Made by a program: the position numbers and the translations under genes | Origin: Patescibacteria group bacterium | GTDB taxonomy: Bacteria > Patescibacteriota > Minisyncoccia > Phycocordibacterales > JAKAEA01 | Reading direction: 5' to 3' | Assembly (NCBI GenBank): GCA_040387855.1 | Contig: JAZKCY010000001.1 | Span: 104,396-168,395 of the forward strand | Length of the DNA: 64,000 nt | Notes under the pieces: model-generated | The model's input: only the letters and a program-made list of their open reading frames with translations | The model's database searches: none | Told to the model about the DNA's origin: nothing | Shown here: piece after piece, positions 37,834-48,671 of the stretch | How the letters are laid out: each line of letters starts with the position of its first letter | Position numbering within the stretch: the first letter of the stretch is position 1

Positions 37834-38202
37834 ATGGAATATGTAACAACATCAGACGCACGAGTTCGGCCGTTATATCGAGGTACACAAGTGGTTTGGT
37901 ATATCTTAAATGTACTTGAAGCGCTATTGCTATTCAGATTTGTACTTAAATTATTGGGAGCAAATGCTGCTGCAGGTTTTACAAGCTTTATTTACTCATT
38001 ATCGTACCCGTTTGTCGCACCATTTTTAAATGTATTTCGAGTATCAAAAGTAGCAGGCTCAACATTTGAATGGACAACATTGCTTGCTATGTTTGTATAT
38101 TGGCTCATTGCATGGGCAATTGTACGACTTATTGTCATGAACAAGCCTGTCACAACAAATGAAGCTCGATCTAAGCTCAATAAGCAAGACGTAGAAGTAT
38201 AA
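37834..38202 (+). CDS. YggT-family membrane protein
   Basis: YggT-like TM pattern. Start placed at the internal ATG. Confidence 0.5.
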   Translation: MEYVTTSDARVRPLYRGTQVVWYILNVLEALLLFRFVLKLLGANAAAGFTSFIYSLSYPFVAPFLNVFRVSKVAGSTFEWTTLLAMFVYWLIAWAIVRLIVMNKPVTTNEARSKLNKQDVEV

Positions 38203-38206
38203 TTAA

Positions 38207-38887
38207 TTAAATAGTGTGACTTTGGATCCCTCGTTCATGAGTGTGATCATTCCAAGAAATCAGCTTCCAACGCTGATTTTTTGGTGGTCCAAACCAGCCT
38301 CGCTCATATTGACATATAGTTACCCCTGCATTACTTGCTCCGTTTTGGAAACTCATCACATTGTATGATGACGCATTAAGGTCATCTCCATAAAGCATAT
38401 ATGCAATGAGCATACGGAGAAATATTCCGTGTGTGAGCACAAGAATATTTTTCTCACGTCGTTTGCCAAGGTAAGAGAGTGCTTTACGTGCGCGTTCTTT
38501 AAGATCTAAGAAATTTTCTTCATCAGAAAATCTAAATTCATCGCTATGATAGGCTTTATCTATAGTGTCTACAATTCGGCGTACTGCAGGGTCTTCCACG
38601 GATTTACCAATAATTTCAGATGGATTACGTCGTTCTTTGAGAAGCTCGACAAATTCTAGGTTTCTAGGAGGTTGAAATGACTGATTAATAATAGCTGCCG
38701 TCTCTCGTGTGCGTTCATAGGGACTCACAAGAATAACATCAATAGGAAGATGACAAAGACTTTGTCCTGCTGCTTGTGCTTGAGCTTTGCCTTTTTCACT
38801 AAGCCCGCCATCAGATCCCTGACGGATGCCTTTTGAATTTAGTAAGCTCTCTCCATGTCGTACAAAGTAAAATGTTTTTTGTCGCAT
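38207..38887 (-). CDS. histidine phosphatase family protein (phosphoglycerate mutase-like)
   Basis: N-terminal FVRHGES (RHG) motif, plus a conserved downstream His in LTHG. Confidence 0.75.
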   Translation of the reverse strand: MRQKTFYFVRHGESLLNSKGIRQGSDGGLSEKGKAQAQAAGQSLCHLPIDVILVSPYERTRETAAIINQSFQPPRNLEFVELLKERRNPSEIIGKSVEDPAVRRIVDTIDKAYHSDEFRFSDEENFLDLKERARKALSYLGKRREKNILVLTHGIFLRMLIAYMLYGDDLNASSYNVMSFQNGASNAGVTICQYERGWFGPPKNQRWKLISWNDHTHERGIQSHTI

Positions 38888-40263
38888 TATTTGTATTATA
38901 TAGTACTCTTATACATATGCTGAAATATTATAAAGAACATAAAGCACAAGTTGCTCTTGTCGCATTACTTATTATTGCACTAGTTGCAGGAATAGGGATG
39001 TATTATTTTGTCGCTCCAAATGAACCAAAGGCTAAACCTCCTATAGAGCAAGCTAGTATTCCAACTACTGAGTACAAAAATACAGAATATAATTTTACGG
39101 TTAATTATCCAGCTCAATGGATGCTTAGTGGGGAAGATCAATTTGCCTTAGAACATAAAAGTGGATGTATTGTAGCTATGAATAAACTTGATACAAAAGC
39201 ATTACAAGAAAAATATTCAGGAGGACTTGATATATCTGCAGAGACTTTTTATGAAAATGATTCACGTGATGTATATATAGATAATTCCCATTTTACCTTA
39301 ACTTCATATCAAGAGAGACCTCAAGATTCTAAAAGTGAGATTGCAATTATGGGTGCATATATAGAGCACTTTCCTACAGCTACTAGTTCAAATGTATTGT
39401 CCGTAAAAGGCAAAGACGGTAACTCACTTAATCCTGAATGTATTACTGATTTTTTAAGTCTCATTAAATCTGGCATTAATCTTTCAGGAGAACCGTACAC
39501 TATTGTATATACATCTCAGGGGACAATTACATTGCGCACAAGCTCGTATGTGCTTGGCAGTAATCCTAATTGGGAAAACACTCGTGGTGTGCTCGTATTT
39601 ACAGACACTAAAAAGAAAGAAACTGTGCTTTCATATGTAGATCTTTATTCATATGATCCGCAAAGTCAACTTGTAGGTGATGAATTCTACTTTATTAACA
39701 CCACAGGTATGTTGTCTTCATTCAACCTTCTTACCAAAGAATTAAGAACACTAAGCCTTGCTGGTGTAACCTCCGTTGAATATTTTACTTCACCACGACT
39801 TAATGATTTTTTTGTGTATAAAGATACAGTTTTTTACCTCGCTGGAGACAATTGCAATGAATACCGTGCACAGTGTAATCTTGATCTCTATGCATATTCA
39901 CTAACAACCGAACAGGTTAAGCTCCTTACATCTGGTGTGGCTGCTAGAAAGATTTTGGGATTTGATACTGCATCTCAGAAAATTTATATGGAATATCGTG
40001 ATGGAGATGCAGGATGTATGTGGCAAAGTATCTACTCGTTCTCTTTAGAATTGGCCCAACTTCAGAGAGATGTTGATTATGGGTATTGTGAAGGGGATTC
40101 AGAAAATACTGATGCGTTAAAAAAAGTTGCTGATATCACCACAACGTTACAAGATCAGTTGCGGTATCTGAAAAATATACTAGTTAAAGATGGAGAGATT
40201 TTACCAGGTTCATATGTAAACACAGGTACATATGGTGCAATTCGATACAACGATGAATTATAG
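38833..40263 (+). CDS. hypothetical membrane-anchored extracytoplasmic protein
   Basis: 476 aa with an N-terminal TM helix. The start may be the downstream ATG, which would avoid overlap. Confidence 0.4.
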   Translation: MNLVSSLHVVQSKMFFVALFVLYSTLIHMLKYYKEHKAQVALVALLIIALVAGIGMYYFVAPNEPKAKPPIEQASIPTTEYKNTEYNFTVNYPAQWMLSGEDQFALEHKSGCIVAMNKLDTKALQEKYSGGLDISAETFYENDSRDVYIDNSHFTLTSYQERPQDSKSEIAIMGAYIEHFPTATSSNVLSVKGKDGNSLNPECITDFLSLIKSGINLSGEPYTIVYTSQGTITLRTSSYVLGSNPNWENTRGVLVFTDTKKKETVLSYVDLYSYDPQSQLVGDEFYFINTTGMLSSFNLLTKELRTLSLAGVTSVEYFTSPRLNDFFVYKDTVFYLAGDNCNEYRAQCNLDLYAYSLTTEQVKLLTSGVAARKILGFDTASQKIYMEYRDGDAGCMWQSIYSFSLELAQLQRDVDYGYCEGDSENTDALKKVADITTTLQDQLRYLKNILVKDGEILPGSYVNTGTYGAIRYNDEL

Positions 40264-41212
40264 CGACATTATTTTTATTTTAATCTTAGGGTACTACTTG
40301 TACAGGGGATACAAGCTTGGATTTTTAGTGTTACTTACACGATTGGTTTCTTTTGGAGGAGGCCTATTTATTTCGCTCCTCATATATCAACATGTAGGTA
40401 GACTTTTGGTAGCACGAATCACAACTGTCCCATCTCAAATAGTGTATATAATTAGCTTTATTGTAGTATTTATTCTAGCAGAGCTCCTCTTGGGTATGAT
40501 ACTACGAAGAATCTTCCAGTTTATTCCTGAAGCATGGCGTTTGTCTCGAATAAATAAAATAGCTGGTGTTGTACCTGCAATTGTAGATGGATTTCTTTTC
40601 ATTGGCTTACTGGTATTGCTTTCAACAATTTTGCCAGTACAAGCATCTATCAAGCAAAACGTATCGCAGTCACAGATTGGAGGATATGTGATGAATACAA
40701 TTCCGAAGCTTGATGATTATGCTCAGCGGTTGTTTGGAAACCGTATAGAAGAATCGCTTACTCACTTTAGTGTTCGTCCAAATCCAGATGAAAGTGTTTC
40801 AATTCCGTTTAAGCCAAAAACCGTAAGTATCGATGAAGAAGCAGAACGGGCTATGCTTGATCTCGTAAATGAGGAACGTAGGAAGGTGGGCGCTCAGCCG
40901 CTTGTTATCGATCGTACTATTGTAGAAGTCGCTCGAAAGCATTCTCGTGATATGTGGCAGCGTGGGTATTTTGCGCATGAAAATCCTGATGGAGCAGATC
41001 CATTCGATCGTATGGAAGCTGGAGGAGCTAGCTTTATTACTGCTGGAGAAAATTTAGCATTTGCTCAGACTGTTGGTATTGCTCATACCGGACTTATGAA
41101 TTCACCAGGACACAAAAGGAATATTTTGGATCCAAATTTTGGCAGAGTCGGCATTGGAGTCATAAGTGGAGGCATTTATGGGAAAATGTTTACACAAAAT
41201 TTTGCAAACTAG
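40232..41212 (+). CDS. CvpA-like membrane domain fused to an extracellular CAP/SCP (YkwD-like) domain
   Basis: N-terminal 4-TM CvpA-like region. The C-terminal GHKRNILDPNFGRVGIGV matches the CAP-domain signature. Confidence 0.55.
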   Translation: MVQFDTTMNYSDIIFILILGYYLYRGYKLGFLVLLTRLVSFGGGLFISLLIYQHVGRLLVARITTVPSQIVYIISFIVVFILAELLLGMILRRIFQFIPEAWRLSRINKIAGVVPAIVDGFLFIGLLVLLSTILPVQASIKQNVSQSQIGGYVMNTIPKLDDYAQRLFGNRIEESLTHFSVRPNPDESVSIPFKPKTVSIDEEAERAMLDLVNEERRKVGAQPLVIDRTIVEVARKHSRDMWQRGYFAHENPDGADPFDRMEAGGASFITAGENLAFAQTVGIAHTGLMNSPGHKRNILDPNFGRVGIGVISGGIYGKMFTQNFAN

Positions 41213-41255
41213 TTTTTTAAAGTAATATTTCGCACGTGAGCTCGTCTCATATTCT

Positions 41256-41459
41256 ATGAGCGATTATTATTTTAACTACATTTTTATGAAAGATGATAAT
41301 AAAGTGCATGCAAAAGATACCTTACGAGATTTGAAAGACAATCCTAAGGAAGCTCTCCACAATGATTACGAGCAAACAAAGGCAGATATGCAAAGTATAA
41401 AGGAAAAAGCTACCGGTGAACGGTATGAAGATGAACCTTTTATGGATATGAGACTCTAG
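41256..41459 (+). CDS. small hypothetical protein
   Basis: 67 aa ORF; weak call. Confidence 0.25.
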   Translation: MSDYYFNYIFMKDDNKVHAKDTLRDLKDNPKEALHNDYEQTKADMQSIKEKATGERYEDEPFMDMRL

Positions 41460-41481
41460 CTCATGAATAAAAAATCCTCAA

Positions 41482-41847
41482 CTATATGTGAGGGTTTTTT
41501 GTTGAGAATAATTTTCCCAAAAGATAAAAGCTAAGAATCCCAACTAAACCAAATGATAGATCATGAAGATCAAAGGTACGTGAACTAGAAAGTACCTGAA
41601 GGCTCTCATCTATGAGAGCGAAAGCAATCACAAGTGTGATACCAAGAGATAGAGTAAAGCCAAAAATCTTAGTGGTTTTTCGTTGCAATGCTAGATCTGC
41701 TGCACTAGCAAGGATTCCAAATAACAGAAAATGTCCTACAGAGTCATAATAGGGGATCATTTTAATTGCAGTAGGCATGGTGCCTACATAGGCAAAAATA
41801 GAGAAGCAAACAAGAAAGATAAAAAATGCTAGTGCAAATAATTTCAT
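41482..41847 (-). CDS. VanZ-like membrane protein
   Basis: 121 aa, 4 TM. Confidence 0.45.
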   Translation of the reverse strand: MKLFALAFFIFLVCFSIFAYVGTMPTAIKMIPYYDSVGHFLLFGILASAADLALQRKTTKIFGFTLSLGITLVIAFALIDESLQVLSSSRTFDLHDLSFGLVGILSFYLLGKLFSTKNPHI

Positions 41848-42626
41848 ATAGGTTTAGATACTCTATATCTTTTAACGTGTTTAAGATAGGCCACAATAAT
41901 AAAACTAATAATAACCATTAAAAACCACGAGCTTATCTTTTGGAATGAAACAACCTGCCATGCATGAATCTGATCAGGATATTTCCAAGCACCAAGATAG
42001 GTCGAAATATTCTCTGCTATCCATATGAAAAATGCAATAAGCATGAATGCTATGCCTAATGGAATACTTCTGCGCTTAGTAGTTACGGTAAACAGAAATT
42101 TTGTTTTCCAAAAAAATATAAATATAAGTGGAATAAGCACAAATCTAATATCTTGAATAAAGTGATTGGTAAAGAAGTTTATATAAATAATAATGCCAAT
42201 AAGTAAACTGCTAATATATGATGGATAGCTAGTAAGTTCAGCTTTAAATATTTTCCATGCTTGAGCTAAATAGCTTCCCACTGCAGCATACATAAATCCA
42301 CTGTATAACGGCACATCGGCAATTTTAAATAAACCCTCTTCAGGATAGCTCCATGATCCAATTGATGGGTGCGTCTTATAAGCTTCAAGCGCAAACCCAA
42401 TGACGTGAAATAAAAATATAACTTTTATCTCATCTTTTGTTTCAAGTTTTGTAAGATACAAAATAATCTGAATTCCAACTGCTGCGAGGAATAGAAAGTC
42501 ATAGCGGGCTAGACCAAAGAGGGGAAGATGGTTTGATAAGAAAAGGAGAACAAAAAACGACCCAGCAAAAATAGAGGCTTGTGCCTCTTTAAGTCCGAAT
42601 ATAAAAAATTCCTGAATATGCTTCAT
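41844..42626 (-). CDS. polytopic membrane protein (DUF817-like)
   Basis: 260 aa, about 8 TM. Confidence 0.4.
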   Translation of the reverse strand: MKHIQEFFIFGLKEAQASIFAGSFFVLLFLSNHLPLFGLARYDFLFLAAVGIQIILYLTKLETKDEIKVIFLFHVIGFALEAYKTHPSIGSWSYPEEGLFKIADVPLYSGFMYAAVGSYLAQAWKIFKAELTSYPSYISSLLIGIIIYINFFTNHFIQDIRFVLIPLIFIFFWKTKFLFTVTTKRRSIPLGIAFMLIAFFIWIAENISTYLGAWKYPDQIHAWQVVSFQKISSWFLMVIISFIIVAYLKHVKRYRVSKPI

Positions 42627-42670
42627 GGATATTAGATATAACTATCCATGAAGGTACTATGTTACAAGGG

Positions 42671-43348
42671 TTATCGCAGTACCTGGCGTACATCCTCGTC
42701 ATCCTCAAAATCATGATCTGAGTCATCAGTGTCCTCTTCTTCAACTATGTCTTGTTTGGAATCCAAGGTTTTAAGATCTTTTCGAAATCGTGCTTGATTG
42801 TTGTGTACCGTACCTTCTAATAGTATTTTTGAAAGTTTACGAGCAACTTTAATATCAATAATAGGAATAAGAAACTTTCTGTTTTTTGCCTGCATTTCTT
42901 CACGGCTGTTATCTGAGCTTGTTACGATATCAAGTCGAGCAAGACCACACATTCTAAAATGGTAAGGGCGATCTATGTGTACGTTACTAATTTGCTGATA
43001 GGGAATAGTAGTTTCATGAATAAAAAGAATTCCTCGGTGGAGATGAAGTGCATACTCATCAAGAATAAACTTATATGAACGATACATTACATTTGCTCGG
43101 AGATAGGCAACAAAGATAAAAGAGATACCAAAAAGCACACACCATTGTGAAAGCATTCCTACATCAATAAACCATTCGGGATGGTTTCCTAAGAATTCTG
43201 TGGCTGCTGTATTGAGGTGGCCAAAATACATTGCCCATGAGAGATAGATTAGACCAAGACCAATACCTGTAAGCCACCATCCATATGAGTAGAATAAATA
43301 CATAAAAGTATTTTTTCCGCGTTTGTGTTTTTTCTCAAACTCGAGCAT
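42671..43348 (-). CDS. bacterial PH-domain (bPH_2, YdbS/YdbT-like) membrane protein with an acidic C-terminal tail
   Basis: Two TM helices followed by a PH-like domain. Confidence 0.45.
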   Translation of the reverse strand: MLEFEKKHKRGKNTFMYLFYSYGWWLTGIGLGLIYLSWAMYFGHLNTAATEFLGNHPEWFIDVGMLSQWCVLFGISFIFVAYLRANVMYRSYKFILDEYALHLHRGILFIHETTIPYQQISNVHIDRPYHFRMCGLARLDIVTSSDNSREEMQAKNRKFLIPIIDIKVARKLSKILLEGTVHNNQARFRKDLKTLDSKQDIVEEEDTDDSDHDFEDDEDVRQVLR

Positions 43349-43420
43349 GTGTCTATTGTACAACAAAAGAGGCAACAAAAAATCCCCAACCTTTCGGCAG
43401 GGGATTCTTTGAGGGGAGCT

Positions 43421-43618
43421 TTATGCTCGCTGAACGTTGATAGCGTTCTTTCCTTTTTGTGTGTCTTCTGTATCAAAAGAAACAGCGTCACCTTCTCGTA
43501 GTTCGTCAAAACTAACGCCTACAAGAGAATTAGAGTGAAAGAAAATGTCCTTTCCTCCTTCTTCTGGAGCGATGAAACCGAATCCTTTGTCCATGATCTT
43601 TTTGATTGATCCTTTCAT
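43421..43618 (-). CDS. cspA: cold-shock protein (CspA family)
   Basis: KGFGFI RNP1 motif. Start placed at the internal ATG (MKGSIKK). Confidence 0.85.
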   Translation of the reverse strand: MKGSIKKIMDKGFGFIAPEEGGKDIFFHSNSLVGVSFDELREGDAVSFDTEDTQKGKNAINVQRA

Positions 43619-43811
43619 TGGTTTGATTGTGATTGATAATAAACAAATAGAATGTTCTTTTGATCGACGATTTCGAATCAAGCTCTTTGTTATTGGTAAT
43701 ACTATCATAGTACATGAAATTTGTCAATCTATAAATAATATGGTGAAATTTGAGGCGTTCATATAGAGTTAGATATACTATATATACATTTTATAAATAA
43801 CTAGTAACTTT

Positions 43812-44027
43812 ATGAGTGAATTTGGACCCTCACCAATCCCGCCAATGGGTGGGACAGGAGACTTCGAGAGGAAGCTTCAAGAAGAGATTAAAAAGAAAAA
43901 AGAAAAGGAAGGAGAAGAAGAGCAAGAAAATGATCCAGCATCTCCACAACCAGATGTTGAACAAAGAATAGAAAAGTTAAGAAAAGAAATAGAAGAGAGT
44001 GGTAAGGGTGGAGAATGGGTAGGGTAG
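43812..44027 (+). CDS. small Lys/Glu-rich hypothetical protein
   Basis: 71 aa ORF. Confidence 0.3.
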   Translation: MSEFGPSPIPPMGGTGDFERKLQEEIKKKKEKEGEEEQENDPASPQPDVEQRIEKLRKEIEESGKGGEWVG

Positions 44028-44082
44028 TTCTTGTCCCACTGTTGAGTATGATATGATTTATGAATATACATAATTCATCATC

Positions 44083-45102
44083 ATGGAACCACGACCACGA
44101 AAAGTTGTTCGAATATCTCGTAATAAAGTTTTGTTTGGAAGTATTGTACTTGTAGCTCTTATCTTGTTTGCTGCTCAAATGTCTATGAGCACTATGGGAT
44201 TAAAGCCTGTTGAACTTCGCAACTCTGAAATCCCTGGTGTCGCTTCATCACCAACATCATATCCTTACGATGGTGGATATGGACGACCATATAATGGCAC
44301 ATCTGACATTACTGATACACGGGAATTTCTTAAAGTAAGCTACAACGGGAATATTAAGACTCGTGATGTTTCTGATGTTGTAAAAGATGTGAAGGGCGCT
44401 ATCAGAGAAGTGGAGGGACGAATTGATTCTGAATCAACATCACCACAACATGGCTATGTTTCATTTGTTGTTCCAAAAAGTACTTTTGAAAATTTTAGAG
44501 CTCAGATCGAAAGTATCACGCATGCAAAGCTGTATACTGAAACCGTTTCATCACAAAATCTTTTGGGAGAGAAGCAGGGGATAGAACAAAATATGCAAGC
44601 AGCAACGACATCGCTTGCAACGCTTGAACAAGAAAAGAAGACGTTGGATGCTAAGCATGCTCAAGCTAGTGCTTCTATCAAACGAGATACAACTTCTGTA
44701 CAAAGCCAACTTGTTTCAGTACGACAAAGAATGAACACAGCTCAAGATGAAAACGAGTATGCTTCATTACAGACAGAAGAGTCTACTCTCAATTACAGAC
44801 TATCAGTACTTCAAGAAAACTTAAATAAAGAAAATAGAACATATGCAAATCAGAATGCAAATCTCGTTGCATATATTGAACAGGCTAAAAAGACAGTAGA
44901 TGGTGTTGTAAAACAAGATACTCAATTTACAAATAATGTAGAAACAGTAAATGGATATGTGGCGGTGCAGTGGGTAAGTCTTTGGGATCTTGCGGTGCTA
45001 TTCTCGCCGGTTCATCCATGCATTGTTATACTCATCCTTATTGCGATAGCTATCTTTTATACATATAGAAAGGGATATATTCCAAAGGTAGAGTTTGTAT
45101 AA
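44083..45102 (+). CDS. DUF4349-like protein (N-terminal TM, coiled coil, C-terminal TM)
   Basis: Domain architecture only. Confidence 0.4.
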   Translation: MEPRPRKVVRISRNKVLFGSIVLVALILFAAQMSMSTMGLKPVELRNSEIPGVASSPTSYPYDGGYGRPYNGTSDITDTREFLKVSYNGNIKTRDVSDVVKDVKGAIREVEGRIDSESTSPQHGYVSFVVPKSTFENFRAQIESITHAKLYTETVSSQNLLGEKQGIEQNMQAATTSLATLEQEKKTLDAKHAQASASIKRDTTSVQSQLVSVRQRMNTAQDENEYASLQTEESTLNYRLSVLQENLNKENRTYANQNANLVAYIEQAKKTVDGVVKQDTQFTNNVETVNGYVAVQWVSLWDLAVLFSPVHPCIVILILIAIAIFYTYRKGYIPKVEFV

Positions 45103-45174
45103 ATCAGAGGGCCAATAGGTAATAAAAGACTCTAATCTAGACATATTACTTAAAGTGTGGTATTTTAGTGTGTA

Positions 45175-46323
45175 ATGAAAATAGCTATTAATATCACCCG
45201 TGAACAAATGGGAGGTATTACCACAACAAACCTTAGTCTTCTCAATCAACTTCATGGGTCAAATGATGTGTCTTTTGTTGGAATAGAATTAAATAGCAAC
45301 AGAAGCTTTAAATCAGCATCATTATTTAGACACTTGAGTCCTGAATGGTTTTCTCATCATGTAATAAGCGTGTGCGATTATCCCCTTGGAGTCATGATAA
45401 AGCGATCTAAGAATCTCGCTGATCTAGAAAAGAGATTTGCTCCCATAATCTTACTCATCAGAAAAATTTTACAAAAAGAACGACCTGACGTTGTTCTTTT
45501 AAATGGCACATATTACATGCCCTGGCTCATATCTATCGCATGTAAAAAAGAGAAGATCCCTGTAGTGCTTTGGTATGCGGGTGTACTTTCTCAAGAGACC
45601 TCTCATTTTGCGGTAAAAGAAAAGAACTTGATGTGGAATATGGAACGAGCTGTTGTACACAATGCAACCAAAGTAATTTTCCCATCAACTATTTGTAAAG
45701 AAAAAGTACAAAGATCTGTGGTGAATTCTACTAAAGTACGAAATGCATTGGTGATTCCAAATCCAATTTCTCCATTGTTTACTCAGCACAAATCACCAGA
45801 ATCTTCTGTTGAAAATAGAATTGCTTTTGTTGGCCGATTTGCTCAAATCAAAAATCCTGCAGGTTTTATTAAAATACATAAAGCGCTTTTAAAATGTAAG
45901 TGGAAGCATGAGGCAACCATCGTAACAAACGTACAATCTATTGATCGTAGAAAAATCCCAAAGACTATCACTGTTTTGCCAAGTATGACTCCTAGTGAAT
46001 TGAAGATATTCTATGCAACTCAAGGGGTAATTATATGCCCGTCATTATTTGAAACATTTGGTAATGTCCCAATCGAAGCAGCATGTATTGGTATTCCCGT
46101 TCTTGTACACAATAATATGGGATGCGCTGAAGTGCTCAATGAGTCTAATTTGAGAAAATGTGTTATTGATTTTAATGATGAAGCTGCCGTTATTAAAAGA
46201 GTAAAAGAATTGTGTGGCCAGCAGATTCTCATACGACAGATAAATAATTTAAGAAAAAGAGTAGACGTAAAATATATCTCGCAAGAAATAATTTTGGTAA
46301 TTAAGAGTGTTATAGAGAAATAA
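45175..46323 (+). CDS. glycosyltransferase family 4 (GT-B, group 1)
   Basis: C-terminal ETFGNVPIEAACIGIPVLV matches the E-x7-E GT1/GT4 motif. Confidence 0.75.
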   Translation: MKIAINITREQMGGITTTNLSLLNQLHGSNDVSFVGIELNSNRSFKSASLFRHLSPEWFSHHVISVCDYPLGVMIKRSKNLADLEKRFAPIILLIRKILQKERPDVVLLNGTYYMPWLISIACKKEKIPVVLWYAGVLSQETSHFAVKEKNLMWNMERAVVHNATKVIFPSTICKEKVQRSVVNSTKVRNALVIPNPISPLFTQHKSPESSVENRIAFVGRFAQIKNPAGFIKIHKALLKCKWKHEATIVTNVQSIDRRKIPKTITVLPSMTPSELKIFYATQGVIICPSLFETFGNVPIEAACIGIPVLVHNNMGCAEVLNESNLRKCVIDFNDEAAVIKRVKELCGQQILIRQINNLRKRVDVKYISQEIILVIKSVIEK

Positions 46324-46324
46324 A

Positions 46325-46345
46325 AAACCGCGAACGAGTCGCGGA
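46325..46345. terminator. bidirectional terminator shared by convergent genes
   Basis: CCGCGA-ACGAG-TCGCGG hairpin with an A-run on the + side and a T-run on the - side. Confidence 0.5.
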
Positions 46346-47641
46346 TTAGAAGAACTTGAGCATGAAGGTGATGATGATGAACAATACACCCAGGATGCTC
46401 ACGCTCCAGATGATGTAGCCAAAGAACGAAGGCATCGAGATCCCGCGCCGTTTGGCAATGGCGAAGATCATAAAGTTTGGCGCATTGCCAATGTAGGTGA
46501 GTGCCCCCATATACACGGCGCCAAGACTGATGGCCTTCACGAGGTCTGGTGATTGTGCTGTCAGGTGGGGAAGCGAGGTCGAACCCGTTGTCGATTCGGC
46601 CATCGACATGAATACCAGGAACGTCGGCGCATTGTCGAGCACCGACGAGAACACACCGGTTGCCCAGAAGTACTGTGCTGGCTCGCTCACTCCAAGCGAC
46701 GAACCTGAATGCTGCAGCAGCTGCAGTGCTGGGACCATTGTCATGAAGATCCCGGCGAATACGACTGCCACCTCCACTATCGGTCCGAACTCGAAGTTGT
46801 TTTTTTGTCGCGCCTCTTTTGCAATTGGCGCGAGCTTCGAGTACACGAGTGATATGACGATGGTGATCACGAAGATCACTTCACGCCACGGGCTCGCTAC
46901 CGCAATGACACTGCCTACGATCACCATCATGAGCACTGCATTGCCAAGGCCGATGAGCATGAGTGGCTCCACATGCTCTTTGTCTTGAGCAATATCTTCG
47001 TTGGACTCCTTGTTGTAAAAGTACTTGTCGATCACGAGGTACACAGCGAGCAACACGATGCCGCTCACCAACCAGTAGACCCAAAGATTTCGGGCAAACC
47101 AGAAGAATTCGATTCCTCGCAAGTAGCCGAGGAAGAGCGGTGGGTCACCGAGGGGAGTGAGTAACCCTCCGAGATTGCTTACCAAAAAGATGAAAAACAC
47201 GACAGTATGCCGCACGTGTTTTCGTTCTTGGTTGCTTCGCAATAGTGGATAGATCATGAGGATCGAGGCACCCATTGTGCCCACAACACTCGCCATGATG
47301 TATCCGCTCGCAAGCATCATCGCATTGCGGCCCGGCGTTGCTCGCAGATCACCCTTGATGTGGATGCCTGAGGCAACGATGAACAGCGCAGCGAGGAGCA
47401 GTATGAACTGCACAAATTCGATCCCCGCATGCACGATCAAGTTTCGATCGTGCTGTGCCACGTAGATGGCAACTGGTAAGCCGAGCGTGAGGATCACGCA
47501 CAATTTCACCCAGTTTTTTTCCCACGCATGCTTGGTAAAGCTCACGAGGGGAAGGACTGCGATGAGGCCGAGCAGCACCGCAAACGGCACTACCGACCAC
47601 AGTGTTGGAATCCACGAACTTGCTGCAAGTGATGAAATCAC
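46346..47641 (-). CDS. ArsB/NhaD-superfamily permease (putative ion/anion transporter), elevated GC (about 54%)
   Basis: LTPLGDPPLFLGY matches the TPxGDPPN-type motif, with multi-TM topology. A GTG start sits behind a GAGAGGG Shine-Dalgarno. Confidence 0.6.
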   Translation of the reverse strand: MISSLAASSWIPTLWSVVPFAVLLGLIAVLPLVSFTKHAWEKNWVKLCVILTLGLPVAIYVAQHDRNLIVHAGIEFVQFILLLAALFIVASGIHIKGDLRATPGRNAMMLASGYIMASVVGTMGASILMIYPLLRSNQERKHVRHTVVFFIFLVSNLGGLLTPLGDPPLFLGYLRGIEFFWFARNLWVYWLVSGIVLLAVYLVIDKYFYNKESNEDIAQDKEHVEPLMLIGLGNAVLMMVIVGSVIAVASPWREVIFVITIVISLVYSKLAPIAKEARQKNNFEFGPIVEVAVVFAGIFMTMVPALQLLQHSGSSLGVSEPAQYFWATGVFSSVLDNAPTFLVFMSMAESTTGSTSLPHLTAQSPDLVKAISLGAVYMGALTYIGNAPNFMIFAIAKRRGISMPSFFGYIIWSVSILGVLFIIITFMLKFF

Positions 47642-47777
47642 GACACCCTCTCTGTAAGAACAATTGAATCCGTTCAATCGACGGTCAGACTTTTAAATAC
47701 CACATTATATATATAAAGTCAATATACTAGCAAATAAAAAACCATGAAGCGCGATGGTTTGTCGCGCACTCATGGTG

Positions 47778-48173
47778 TTAAATACTTAGCCCGATTTCTA
47801 TCCGCAAAAGCTCTGAACACCTCTGCATGTCTTCAATCGGTAAGACATGTGCTTCCTTGAAATCTCGATGTCGATCTCTTACTTCTGGGATATCAAACAC
47901 CGACTTCTTGATCATCCGGAAGCAGGCAGGATCATTTTTGATGATTGCCCAGTCTTCACCGGAACCGATGATGATTCCGCATACAAAAGCGATCCACATG
48001 TCCCACGCCTTGAACGAGTGTAGCTCGTCGTTGGGAACTTCCGGTTTCCACGTGGGCAGTGGGCCTGGGTTAAACTTTGCCTGTCCGCGTTGGAAGTAAA
48101 TCATCGAGGTCGTGGGATTGTTTCTTCCATACACCCACAGACACTCAACCGCTGGCAGTTTCACAGACATCAA
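47778..48173 (-). CDS. hypothetical protein, moderately elevated GC
   Basis: 131 aa ORF followed by an ACCAT...ATGGT hairpin and T-run. Confidence 0.4.
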   Translation of the reverse strand: MMSVKLPAVECLWVYGRNNPTTSMIYFQRGQAKFNPGPLPTWKPEVPNDELHSFKAWDMWIAFVCGIIIGSGEDWAIIKNDPACFRMIKKSVFDIPEVRDRHRDFKEAHVLPIEDMQRCSELLRIEIGLSI

Positions 48174-48245
48174 TACCTCCTCGGTTTTGTACAGTAAAGG
48201 TACCGTAGATGATAGTACTAAAATCCAATAAAAAGGCCAGTCGAT

Positions 48246-48449
48246 TTATTTAACTAGATATTTGCCGGCAACACTGAGTGCAAATGAAGGTAAAATAATA
48301 CACACAGTAGTTTGAAGTAATCTAATAAGCACAATGTTGAAGACGGTGCTTCCATCACCATCAGGAGGAGTTGTTGCAATTAGAAGGATGCCAATAATAC
48401 CGAAAGCTATAGATGCGTAGATAAATATTTTAGTAGCAATAGGTTGCAT
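48246..48449 (-). CDS. small membrane protein
   Basis: 67 aa, 2 TM. Confidence 0.35.
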   Translation of the reverse strand: MQPIATKIFIYASIAFGIIGILLIATTPPDGDGSTVFNIVLIRLLQTTVCIILPSFALSVAGKYLVK

Positions 48450-48460
48450 AGAAGTAGTAA

Positions 48461-48664
48461 TTATTTTTTATATTCCAAAACATCACCTGGCTGGCAGTCT
48501 AATGCTTTGCAGATTGCATCAAGAGTTGTAAGTCGTACTGCTTTTGCTTTGCCGTTTTTCAAGATAGAAAGATTGGCCATAGTAATGCCCACTTTTTCTG
48601 TGAGTTCAGTAACGCTCATTTTTCGCTTTGCAAGCATAACGTCAATGTTGATAATAATTGCCAT
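48461..48664 (-). CDS. small XRE-family HTH transcriptional regulator (YozG-like)
   Basis: MSVTELTEKVGITMANLSILKNGKAKAVRLTTLDAICKALDCQPGD. Confidence 0.8.
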   Translation of the reverse strand: MAIIINIDVMLAKRKMSVTELTEKVGITMANLSILKNGKAKAVRLTTLDAICKALDCQPGDVLEYKK

Positions 48665-48671
48665 AAATAGT